Positions 39,501 through 52,279 of a DNA stretch of 64,000 bases are shown here, in pieces. Below the pieces are notes generated by a model, which saw nothing but the letters and a program-made list of their open reading frames with translations, ran no database searches and was not told the origin of the DNA. The stretch's first letter is position 1, and each line of letters opens with the position of its first letter. The translations under genes and the position numbers were made by a program. This DNA is from Lytechinus pictus (Eukaryota): positions 16,306,001-16,370,000 of the forward strand of contig NC_087254.1 in assembly GCF_037042905.1 (NCBI RefSeq), given 5' to 3'.

Positions 39501-42500
39501 AGCAAGGTCAAGAGGCACAAAGGCAAGTCACCTAAAAAGAGTAAGAAATCCTGTAGTGCGAGACGATTAGATATGGCTGTTTTTGGTGATAAAAATCCCG
39601 AAGAAGATGATTCTCAGGCCAACAATGATTTCAACTCACTAGGAAATGCAGGCAAATCCCACAAGGTCAAGAAGCACAAGTACAAATCACCTAAAAAAAG
39701 TAAGAGATCATCAAGTTCAACGCAGATAGATATGAATATTGACAATCGCAGTTCAGTGGAAACTGTAGATCAGTTTCACAAGAAACACAAGACCAAAGGA
39801 CAAAAGGAGAAATCACGTCCTAAACGTAAGACGAAATCTAAAGATGTATCCTCTAACAAATATTCACCACTGCCCAAGAGTCCTGTCTTTGGAAGAATTC
39901 TGCCCACTAGTGATTGGTCCAGCCTTGAGAATCCAGTCACATCGCCTTGCCGTGTCCAGCTAGTGGACTATGTAACCAACACTCAACTGAAGCAGCCTGC
40001 AAGACAAGGTAATGAGGAAAACACTGCTGTTCCTGAAGTAGGCTCAGAAGAGGTAGAAGTCTATCGAGTAGAGGATGTAATAGAAGTAGAAACTGTGATT
40101 GGATCAGCAGATCAGTGTTCTGGTGTCCAAGTACATGAACAGAGTGGGCATACTGTCAAGGAGTTGGATGAGCCACTTGGCACCTCAATGGATCTTGGCA
40201 GCCTTGAAGAGAGAGAAGAATCCTTACGGGCTAATAGGGAAGACAATCAACCTAGCAGCAGCAGCATAGTGGAAGGACAAAGCTCACCCTCTGGTCAAGA
40301 AGGTTATCAAAGCCCAGCTGTAGGACATGACTCAAGCACAGAATGTTCTTCTCAGGCTTCTATCAGAGGACAAAAGGCCAGTAATCAAGTTGTCAGTATC
40401 AAAAAGTTGGAGGAAATGACCGAAATTCTACCAGTTGAAAAGGATGAAGGGATTGATAACCCGTCAGTTGAGAAGGATGTGAAGAAACATAAACCAGAAA
40501 ACATAAAGAAAGCTGTTCGATCCAGAAAGCCTCATGGAGACGTTGCACGAGGAGCAGGTGGATGGGAGCATTCGCTGAGACAGCGCCCTCAGATGGTCAA
40601 ACTGTTCCAGGTTGGCGGGGATTCTAAGACACCAAAGAAAGGAGCACAGAAGGTATCACCAAAGAAGGATAGGTCCCAGAGCCTCCTGCAGTATGGTCAT
40701 TCTATGGTGAGGAGTATAAGTAATTTTCATTAAAAAAAGCAAAAAAAAACAGGTGCTTCTGTTGATACAAATATGGCTTTAAGAATTTCATTTAATTCTT
40801 GTATGATAAAATAGCACTGCATAAGTATATGCCTTCCCCAAGATGCCATGGAAGGGAATTGAACCTCAGACTTTTCATGTCTTTACCAGATGCCTTGACT
40901 AATTGGCCACAGTACTTCCTTTGAAGCTGCATGACATTTTGATGGAAAATATTGTGAATTGTATTCCGCATATAAGAATCTTGCTATAGGATTGGTCAGA
41001 AGTCGGTCACATGACATAGGGTAGTTTCCTCATCAATCTTCACTTGCCGTGATGGACCTCTTTTGTTTGGGGATCTTTTTTCCGCCCATAGGGTCATAAC
41101 ACGTTATGAATTAGTTTGATTACGGAAAAAATGAAGAGGTCAGTGCCGCTCGATTTTGGGTCCATCTTTCTCCATCTTCTGCAGTCACGATCGAGAAAGA
41201 TCTAGGTGGGCGCGCGGAGTGTGGGCCTACATACGCGCCAGCAGTAAAACTTTGCACAAAATAAAAATGCATTGCCCCTCGATTGTTTTGTTGTGACACT
41301 AAAATTCTTTTGTGAGGTCACAATCTTGCTTGATCTCGGATGCTTGCGCACAGTTTGCATACGTGCGCTAGCAATAAAGCAATCATAATCGTCTCGATGG
41401 ATTTTTTTCAAAGGAAATCTTGATTTTAAAAAAAAAGTTGTTCTGGACACATATTGATATTGGTTTTTTCTTCGTTTATAGTGGTTTTCTGATACAGAAT
41501 ATAAAGCATATAATCCCCTCTTGATTTCAGGTGACAAGGCAAACTATCACTTCCTCGGCAAGCTGGATGTACTTGCTATTTTTCTGCAGCTTTGCTTTGA
41601 AAAGATAACTACATCCAGCTTACCTCAAAAGTGATAGTTTGCCCATCACCTTCACCAACGGTGATTATTTGCTTACTATCAAAAACAAATAATATTTGAT
41701 GGGAGATAGTGTTATATTTCTAGCTATATTTTGATGAGATAATGCTAATATTTCAGTGATAACATATTTTAGAAATGACTGATCCAACATTGGGGGAAGG
41801 GGTAAAGAAATACTTTAAGTCAAATATGTTTTTTTTTCTTCAAATTTTTATTTTTTCAATATCTATCTTGTGATATGCCACCCTTTTAGATGCAACCATC
41901 ATCAAAAGAGGCTTCGGATGACGTTGGCTCCTCCCTTGCTGCTCTCTCTACAAATAGGATCAGGAGATGGAGAAAAAAAGAACAGAGAGCTGTTGCTATG
42001 GTAATTATCTATACTCCTTTTTTTTCTTCTCTCCTTTAAGTCTGCTGTTTAAAATGTTATCGTGTTATGCATTCATTGTCTTTTATGCATTTCACTCAAC
42101 TGGTGCATGAGCTATGTTAATGTATATCTTTTTATGTTATTTATGATTTCATTTATTGTGCCTACAAACTATTACAAGAAAGATCCAGCTGCGGCTATTT
42201 TTTTGCATGTGTAATGGAACATGGTAGATTTATTATATTTATTTATTTCTGATATTATGACAGGGTAGCCCATTCACCAATAAGAAGTGGTCTTCCATGG
42301 GGCCCTGAATAACAATAAACATATTTACAAAATGCATAACGTATGTACAGAATGTTACGGCATTAAGATTCACATTAGGATTTGAATGTAAAACGAAACA
42401 TTAACAAACTTAGCAGCAAACAAAACGTAGATCATCAATAAATACAATGTTTGAAAAACTTTGAATGGAATTGAAAGAAAAAAAAATATGAAAAGACTGA

Positions 42501-45500
42501 AGTGATTGTTCCAACATGTTTGGGAGAAGTTATCTTTTATTATTAGCCATATATTGAACTATTTTTTTTATAAATATCATTTTATTTTAATGTTTTGGAT
42601 CAAAGATTAAATTTGCAGAGAAATGTATTCTTCAGCTGCTAATTCATGAGCTCTTATCTTTTTTATTGCAAAAACAGATGCAGAATAAAAACATTTTGCT
42701 ATGTTATACATGTAGGACAATAATAAACAATGACAACTTTACCTGTTTCAACTTACTGAACAAAATGTTGAAATACAAGAGGATTGGAGTGAGATTCGAC
42801 GGCTAAATTATTTGTGTACCTGCCTTTTTATGCCCTTCACAGTTTTATGAATATAAGCAACTTTTAAAAACCCAGTTGTCCTGTTGAAATGAAACCTTGG
42901 TGAAGTGCCTTTTTTTGTTTCCAGATAAATTTGCAGGAGTTGAATGTTCATCCAAGTGTTGTATACCTCCCCAACTATAAAATTACATTTCTCCTAAGTC
43001 CTACAGATTTCTAATACTGTTCCAAAATATTTTACTTGTGCAGTTACCTGTATGTTCATTCAAGCTAAATTTATGGGTTTTTTTTTTTTTGGGGGGGGGG
43101 GGGAGGTTGCAGGAGTTTCTGCACTTTATCGACAAATCATTAATAAATTAAAATTTCATATGATAGAAATTATAAACTACATTTAAATGTAACAATCAAC
43201 GAGATAAATAATATTGACTAAGACTGAGAATTATATTATACATAAGGCATGTAAACTAGTAAGTTGGATGAAATGCTTGAGATAGCTATTTTAAGCAGAG
43301 AACTGCTTGAAGCAATAGCATCCATTTGATGTGACAATGATAAATTACAGGTTTGTTTTCCATAAAAGTGATTTTTTTTCAATTCTCAAATTGATAGCCA
43401 CCTCCTCTGGATGAAAAAGAAAGTGATGGAAAGGAAGCAGGCAGAAAAACAAAGGTCAAAGTTCAGGATGGTAAAGAAAATGATGTAAGTAACTAGAAAG
43501 CTTGGTATTGAGATAGATTTTATAGGGGAAATAGAAGAAGGTTTTGGGCCAAATAGAGATTTTTGAAGGTGAAGAAGATGGATAACAGAAGTTAGAAAAT
43601 GAGAAGAAGATGAAGGAGGAGGAGAGGGGAGGGAAAAGAAGAAGAGGAGGAAGGAGGAAGGGAAGAGAGAGAGGGGAGGAAAGAAGGGAATGGACATGAG
43701 CAGAAGGGAAGTTGTGAGAATGAAAAGAGGAAGGAGGAGAAAAAGGAAAAGAGTTATTTTATTTTGACATTTTCATGCGGCTGTGTCATGTTCGTCAGTT
43801 TTGTGGAATTATCAAGAAGGGATTTTATAATGTCAAATACTGATTTTTCTGCCATTAGTCACACCAGGGATTTACGTTACCATTGCAAAGTATTAAGAAA
43901 AAGTATGTCTGCCCTCTCAAATTCTAAATTTCCTGGGGTGCATTTTATCCTTGCATCTGAATGGCTTAGGCAGATTTGCCAGTGGAAATCACTGATCATG
44001 AAATGAGTACCCTCCAGAAGTGATTTTTTTTCTTTTTTAACATGCATTGATCAGTAGAAATAATTGAATAGATTATCCAGGGATGCCACTTTTCACACTA
44101 AAGTTTGAATTTGGATGTTTTCAACACATTTTCGGGCCATAGAAATCACCTTTTTGTTTTAGGAAAAGGATAACTCTAGATGATTTTCAGACTTAAAAAA
44201 AAAATCATTTCTAAATGGCACCCCCAGTATTTGTGCACTCGTTTAGATCAATTCCATCTTTTTAATCATAGCTATTTTGTATTTTCTTTCCAGTCTACAG
44301 ATGCATTCTGCAGAGGACAGTTGGTGTTTGGTAAATTGAAAGGTTTCTGCTGGTGGCCTGGTCAGATTGTCCATCACTATGAGAGGAACATCCGGGAACT
44401 TCCTCCTCCCCTGACCAGATGGATCCAGTGGTTTGGAGATGGGAAGTTTACACTGGTAACATCTTCAAAAATACTTACATCACCATAAAAATGTATCCAT
44501 AAAAAGTTAAACGATGTAGAGCAAGATAAGACAGAGTGGCACATTAGTAAGGGTTCACGTAGGCGTGTGAAACCTCACATGGATGATGATATTTCACATT
44601 GCATAATTCAATTCCATTCATTTCAATTGTTTTATTTTCCACTTTCACTTTCACTTTCAATTTCGTATTTACAATTATGATACAATTGACATAGTAACAT
44701 ATAATCACATTTGAAGTATATACAAAAATTGATAACATAACATTACAATAGACAATTATCAAATTGTAATATAAATAATTGAAAGGGAATGACTGCATTG
44801 TGAATGCTGTGGATCATTATCCTCCTAAACCTAACCCTAAAGATTATACATGTACAAGAGTCTAAAGGACAAATGCATTTCTAAATATGAATAGCAATGC
44901 AACTATAAAACAACGATGTGCTGTGCAACCAATAATTTTGAATCCCACCAGGATCCCGTAACACAAAGGTTAGCGATTAATCGTATGCTTGATTTTTACG
45001 ATTGATTGTACATTGTAGTCAATGCAATCAATTGTAGAAAAATGTTTTGCGATGAATGCTATACTTTGTGTTACTGGTCCCAGATAAACGGTCAAGTTAA
45101 AATATCTATCTTGATTCAATTTCTCATTGTTAAAAAAGCATCTGAAAGGAATTTTTGTCAGATTACGATTAGGGTCATAGGACATCTGTTAGCAGTGTTG
45201 ATTTTTTGACATTGTCAATGTTCATTCATCTTTCAGCTGAGCCTCAGTCAGGTTGCAGGCTTTGAAGAGTTCCCAACCTTGTTCAGTTCATCTACCTTCC
45301 AGAAGCTATCCCTGTACCAGAAAGCTTGCTATGAAGCTCTTAATGTAGGTCAAAATCTTTGCATCTTCAAGATATTCTGTTTTTACCTTCCTTAGATTCC
45401 ATAAATTAACAATTTGATGAAACTCTGCGAAGCAATGGAAATTGCCGTAACATACCTATACTGACGTTTAGGACTTGGCTAATTAATAATGATGATTATT

Positions 45501-48500
45501 ATTTTAGTACCGTAATAATGACTCTAAGGTAATTATACAGTGCGTATCAAAAAAAGTTTACACTTAGAAAAAATCCTATAAAATTATACATTTGTAATAT
45601 CCTGAAGATTTTTCCACATTTCAACATTGGTACAGATCCATTTAAGCAAATGACGATATAACTGTCGAAAAATATTTCCGCCTGAGTGAGCACCACTTAC
45701 TTTTGAAAAGTTAGTGAAAAATGATTTGCGCAGAACTTTGAAATAGTGATGCGAATAAAAGTTGACCTTAATCATGAAGAACACATGGAATTTAGCTAGT
45801 AAAATTGATTTGAAGATATCTTTTACCTTTTTAACTTGTTTCCTTGCCCAAAACACTTGGAAGAGTGCATACTAAGTGTTGAAATTTCAATTTGGGTGGC
45901 AAAATTGTTACAAAATGCTTGAATGTATCCGTTCTATTTCAATTGACGAAAAGTGCAAGGGAAATGTATGAGAAATGTTTCGCAGGGTAAGTTTGATTTC
46001 GCCCTTTCCCCTTGACACAGCATGAAAACGAGCATTTCTGCGCAAACATATTTTCGCGAGTTTTACAATAATGGACAGTGCTCACTCAAGTGTAACATTC
46101 TGTCATAACTTTTACTTTCATTGGATAGATGAGACCCAAACCCAAGAATATATGTGAAAAAATTACCCACATGTTGTATATTTTTTAATTCCTAGGGCTT
46201 TTTCAAAGTGTAAACTTTTTTTTTATACGCACTGTATAATAATGATTATATGATGATAATTCTATGATAATAATAATAGTAATAAGATAATTATGATAAT
46301 GTAATAATGATACTTGTAATAATATTTATTATCATTGAATTAGATTACAAATCTTCCATTGCTGGATGCAGCAAATATTTGGCCAAAATTTGGGAGATAA
46401 TGGGCCTATTCTGAAGTCGAGTTTAACCATGGTCTGACCCTGTAGTAAACTAATGGGAAGCCAAAGATGTCAAAATTTTCTTAAATTTGTATGATTCTCA
46501 TGTTACCTTTGCTCTTTCCTAATTTTATAATGATGTAGACAATTGACTCATTTACCATCCCAAGACAGTTGTGAATGATATGAGTGCCAAGGAGCTGATT
46601 ATTAACCTGTACTGTTAGATATTCATGTCATAATTGGCTTTCTATAGTTAAACCACAACTTCAAACCAGAGTTTGAATTAAACCTGACTTCAGAACACGA
46701 GCCAATGATATCACCAGATGAAGAAAGGAGAAGAATGCACAGAACTACATAGTTTCTATAAAACTCATTATAAATATTTTACAATCGTAAAAACTTGTAT
46801 TGAGGCAGTTAAAATCTGTCATTTGCAATTTCAGAAAAACTCTTCATACACCCTTGACCTTTTAATTACATTGGCTCATTCGGAAATGAGATTAATGATA
46901 ATGATAATATGGTCCATTTATATAGCACAGCTACTATACGCAACTACGCTTGATACTTGGTATCATATTATTACCCCGGCAGTAGCTGAGCCACCATATA
47001 GGCGCTAAAGCATTCAAGGGCGAAGTCCTACCGGGTACCTAACTACCTACTCACCTCAAATGATGTGCGTGTATATTATTCAAGTTTACATTGTCTTCAT
47101 TGTTCAATTCTGATAATGTTTAGCTTGCAGCAAAGCGAGCCGGCAAGGAATTCGACATTGCCGAGCCAATTCCACCGACCCCTCCGACAGCCCCATGTTC
47201 TATCAAGGAGAGACAGGAGTATAAGGCTAAGATGCTGGAGAGATGTAAGGTGATGCAAGACTGGGCTTTCGACCGGTTCAACCCTGAAGGACCAGAAAGC
47301 ATCCAACCATCGGAAGGTAATGATTCATAATTATTAGCAAATGATCACTGACAAGTGCAGGGGTAGGTCTAGGATAAGGGTTGGGGGGGATTCTGCCTGC
47401 CCCCTTGCCCTTGATCTGCAACTTGGTGTCAGTGAAAGTACAAAGTCATTCTGTAGGCAATTTTGAAGTACCTGAGCTCTTTTTCTGAAGCAAAGATAAG
47501 GAAAAATAAGAGAGGCTTCTTTGTATCACTATGAAGATAGGTATACCATGTATATAGGCAGTCCCTTATGAGAAAAAATGATCATCGTCATATTTATACT
47601 ATTAATGATCAAACTGCTGGGCCTGAAACTGAAGCCTGGATTAACAAAGCTGATAGAAGCAGGAATCTAGACCTGATAGTTGGCATTGGTACAGTGCATG
47701 CCCAATTATTTATTACTTGTTTGTTCTGTTTAATTATTCATTTTATTCCATTACCACGATGAAGAACCAAAGAAGAAAATTGTTAGAATGAAATAGGTAA
47801 TAGAACAACCGTATCCTTGTATTAAATTGTGAAAATAAGACAAGACACAAAACACATACAGACTCTAAAAATGTGGAGCGTTGTGGCCCAGTGGATTAGT
47901 CTCCGGACTTTGAAACAGAGGGTCGTGGGTTCAAATCCCAGCCATGGCGTAGTTTCCTTCAGCAAGAAATTTATCCACATTGTGCTGCACTCGACCCAGG
48001 TGAGGTAAATGGGTACCTGTTGGCAGGAATTTATTCCTTGAAATGCCGAACGCTGGAAGCCAGCTGCTTGAGCTACAGCCGGGGTAATAATATTCAAGTC
48101 CTTTTGAAGCACATAGAGACGTTATTCATAATGTTTTATGCGCTATACAAGAACTGACTATTATTATTATTAAAAATATTTTTATTAGAGTTACCCTGTG
48201 AGTTTCCCAATTAGTATATTGTTCGGGGTTTTTTTTTTCCTTTTTTTAGAGGAGAAGAAAACACCCCCTATCCCAAAGTCACCCACCCCCAGCCCAGAGA
48301 AAAAGAAACCTGATCAAAAGGAATCATTTGAAGATAAACGAGGTATGATATGAATACGATATATGATGTGAATATGAATACAGTCCGACCTCTCTTATCC
48401 GGCCTCCCCTTATCCAGATCTCTCTATTATCCGGATGCACACTTGCCGAGATTTTTTTTTTCCAATTCAATCTAGTACGTGAGGAAATGAGATTTCAATC

Positions 48501-51500
48501 TAAACTCAATCCTGTATGCAAACTCACTTTGATTACATATATTTTCCAATATAGTCTACATACAACAACATTATTTTTCATGAAAATATCTCACCCAAAT
48601 CACCGAAAGAACTTAGGCAGGATAATTTTCCAGTAAATCAGGGCGCAGCGCAAACATTTCATCATGTTCTCTTTTTGTTTCCCGGGAAAAACAACACATG
48701 TCTCGCTAGCTAACGCTAGGCTGACATTGCGAAGCTGCAATACCTGCCGCGATGATCTAATTGTAAAACTTTATTTCATCGAGTCATTTTCTTTCGAGGT
48801 ATGCTCGATGTAAACCTCAACCATTTTAGCAGGTAAATTATCCAACAGTTTTGGCCATCGATCGATTTCATTTCCGTAAAAATACCGCCTATAATTTGCA
48901 CTGACGCTGCAGTGAATACTGTCTGTACGCGCGCCCACTACAATAGATAACGTGTAGCTACTGCCATTGGGAGGCTGAGGCAGCAGCTGCATGTATTTAA
49001 TATTGGGTCTCCCAGATCAAGATAAATCCCTTATCCGGATTGGTGCCGGTCCCAACGTGTCCAGATAAGAGAGGTTGGGCTGTATGATATATGAATAGTA
49101 TACAGAAACATTTGTATTAAGCGATATATAAATGTTGCATGTTATTATTATTATTATTTTCTATTTAAACAGAAATGAACCAGCAGCCTTGATAGTCTCA
49201 CCTAAAATCCTCAACTACTCTCATCCGGGCCCCATCTGACAAAGAGTTACGATTGATCCAATCAATCTCAATTGTATGGAAATCCATCCATACCATAATT
49301 TTTTTCTACAGGAAATTAGCTGTATCTCCTTAGTAAACAAAGAGAATCACACTGAATCTTCAAGAGAATGATGAACGTATGAATATACATCATATCTAGA
49401 AAATATTTAAACAAATTTGCATGTTAGATGTTGACGTCGCTGGCCGTCCATAGGTGAGGTTGATCGGATTAATCACAACTCTTTGGAAGACAGGGCCCTG
49501 ACAGCAGCATTCACCACCAAATACATTCATGCCACACTAACTATGCTCCAAAGAAGCAAAGCAATTACTTTCCTCTAAAAAAAAAACAATTTCAGTTTTC
49601 TGTATGAATAACGTTATAGGCTAATTCATTCTCCCTATTCTTGATGGTTATCTCAAAATGTTAATTTTTAAGACTAGTTATTTATAATACATAGACAATT
49701 GGAGACCACACAAAGTATTGGTCATTTTACTCTCCCTGTAAGGGGGCCATAAGAGGGGTTTGAGGAGTATGGGGGGAGGGGATTCTGCAAGTGACATTGT
49801 AAAACAATTACATGAGGTACTGAACGTACATGGGGTGAGAGAGTTGTGCTGTTATTTCTCTAAGAATACTGCAGCTGACCGGTTGTGTAGGCATTGGTGT
49901 TGGTTTGCTTCTCATATAGACACCAGAAATAGTACATAATAAAATAGTAAGGTATAAAATATTTTGAGTTTGTAGTACAGTGTATTGAAGCTCATTTTGA
50001 CATTTTTCTCATTTCAGGAGAGAGTATGAAGAATGTAAGGGCTGGGAAAGTGACAGTTGAAGGTATGATGTATTTGGCATGCATCATTTCTTAAGTTGCA
50101 TTCAAAATACTGTTTGAATATCTCATCAATATTATCATCATTTTAATCATCGGCATATCATTTTTGTCATTATTGTGATTCATTGCCTTTCTACAGTATT
50201 ATTGCATTATCTTGTATACTAGTCTTGAATTAATTCTTTAATTATGTCGCATATTTGAAATTGGGAACATTTATGCATTTTGTGTCACTAAGCTGATATG
50301 GTTTTACATGTGACCAGCAAACCGAAATCCCAACAATAAGGGGGTGTTGGAAGAAATTATTTGCAATCAATCGCCAATATTCTGTTGTAATTTTACAATG
50401 AATAGATCAATTTTAGCTGTAGTAAATCTGATCACACTTCTTCATAAAAGAAGCAGTTCAGCAATCAATCACAAATTTACATTTGATTTAAAGAGATGTG
50501 ATTGATTTAGGCACGGAAAATAGACTTGCAACTGATCGCAAGTTTCTTGCAACGCCCCATATATAATATAAATAATATAAGGGAAGGTTCTATTAAATAG
50601 TTAAAGCATTAATTTGGTCTTCAAAAAATAAAAATAAGGCAATTTGCTTATGTGAAAGAGTAACACTTCTTCTTCATACTGTAAAAAGTTGAAGTTGTGA
50701 AGTTAAATGAAACACAAGATACAGGAGGTGGTTTTTTTACTGTTTTTTCCTGGACAGCTTGAAAATCGAGATTGTAGTGTGCAAACCTCAAGCTTGAGTG
50801 AACCCAAAACTTTAAAACCATGTTTTCTCCTTATTCTTTGAACATCACCAAATTTCTCCCTTTATTCAATCAAGTAAATGTGGGTTAATGTTGGTGAATT
50901 TTGACAAATTAAAATCATTTTAAAGCTTAGGGTTTGCTCTGTCAAGCTCAGTATAAAATCTCTAATTAATTATGAGCCACTTATTGTTGGTTTTGGGGTG
51001 GCAGATCACACATTATCTTTATCCCTATTTTTAGGATTAGCCTAATAATGTAAGAAATTTCATTTATATGCGGGCAATGCCATAAAATGATCGACCTTTT
51101 TGTACGTCCGACCCCTATTTTTCTCAGGTCTTACTTTTTATAAACTGATCAAGTCATTGTCCTTTGATAACATTTCAGACTGTCAAAAGAACATGAAATC
51201 AGAGACAGAAAATTTCATGAAGGTCCCACACATATGGGGGGTCCGACGTACATATTTCATGGAATTGCCCATACGCAAAGTACATGTATACTAGTGAGAC
51301 AAGAAAAGGATAGTCTTCCAATGTCTGTTATGTATCAGCCTCGCATCCTTTGGCAAGGCGTAGATATACACTTTACCACTATCCACCCAGGGCTCCGTAA
51401 CACAAAGGTTTGCAATCAATCGCTAAATACCAATGGCCAATCAAGATCGTTGTTGCACACGCACTCTGTTTAAAATACTGACTGGGAACCAATCAGTGCG

Positions 51501-52240
51501 GTTCTTTCGTACTTGAAATTCATCGCAAACCTTTGTGTTACGGAGCCCAGGTGTTAAATGGGTACCTGGTAGGGATGTGAAAGTCTATGTAGTATGCCTA
51601 TTTACCGAGCCTTAGGACTCTTGTTGGAATGCTCTATGGGGAGTGGAGAAAGTGCATACATTGTGTGCAGGCATGCCAGGATCCGATGACAGATTAGAAG
51701 TGCTCCGTGGTGTTACCATTGTCCGTACGAGGAATTTTGGCCGGGGCGTGGTGCTGCTATCGTTCATAAACTCTTTGGTTGGCGCCTGGTGCAGGCCCAG
51801 CGCTGGTCTGGTGCTCATAAAAGCAGCACCAAAATAGCCTGGCCCAGGTGCGAGCTATTTTAGCCTGCGCCATTCATAAACTCAAAATTTTACGACTTAG
51901 CGTGGGCCTGGTCCGGACCAGCGAGTTACTGAAAGCGGTATTAGAGATTTTATTCTAATGTATTAAGCACTATGTAAAAGTGGAATGTTATTATTATTAT
52001 TATGTATATCTTCTCGTAGATATCTGCATTGGATGCGGTAGTACCAGCCTGGCTGCCAAACATCCACTCTTTGTAGGAGGCCTTTGTGAAGTCTGTAGGG
52101 TAAGACAAAGTCATGAGGATGATAATGGCAGTAATGATGATAATGATGAGGAGAACATTGATGGAGATGATAGATTTGGTGATGGTGGTGGTGGTAATGA
52201 TGGTGAATTTGATGATGGTAATAGTCGTAAGAATGAGGAC

Positions 52241-52279
<39 letters not shown>

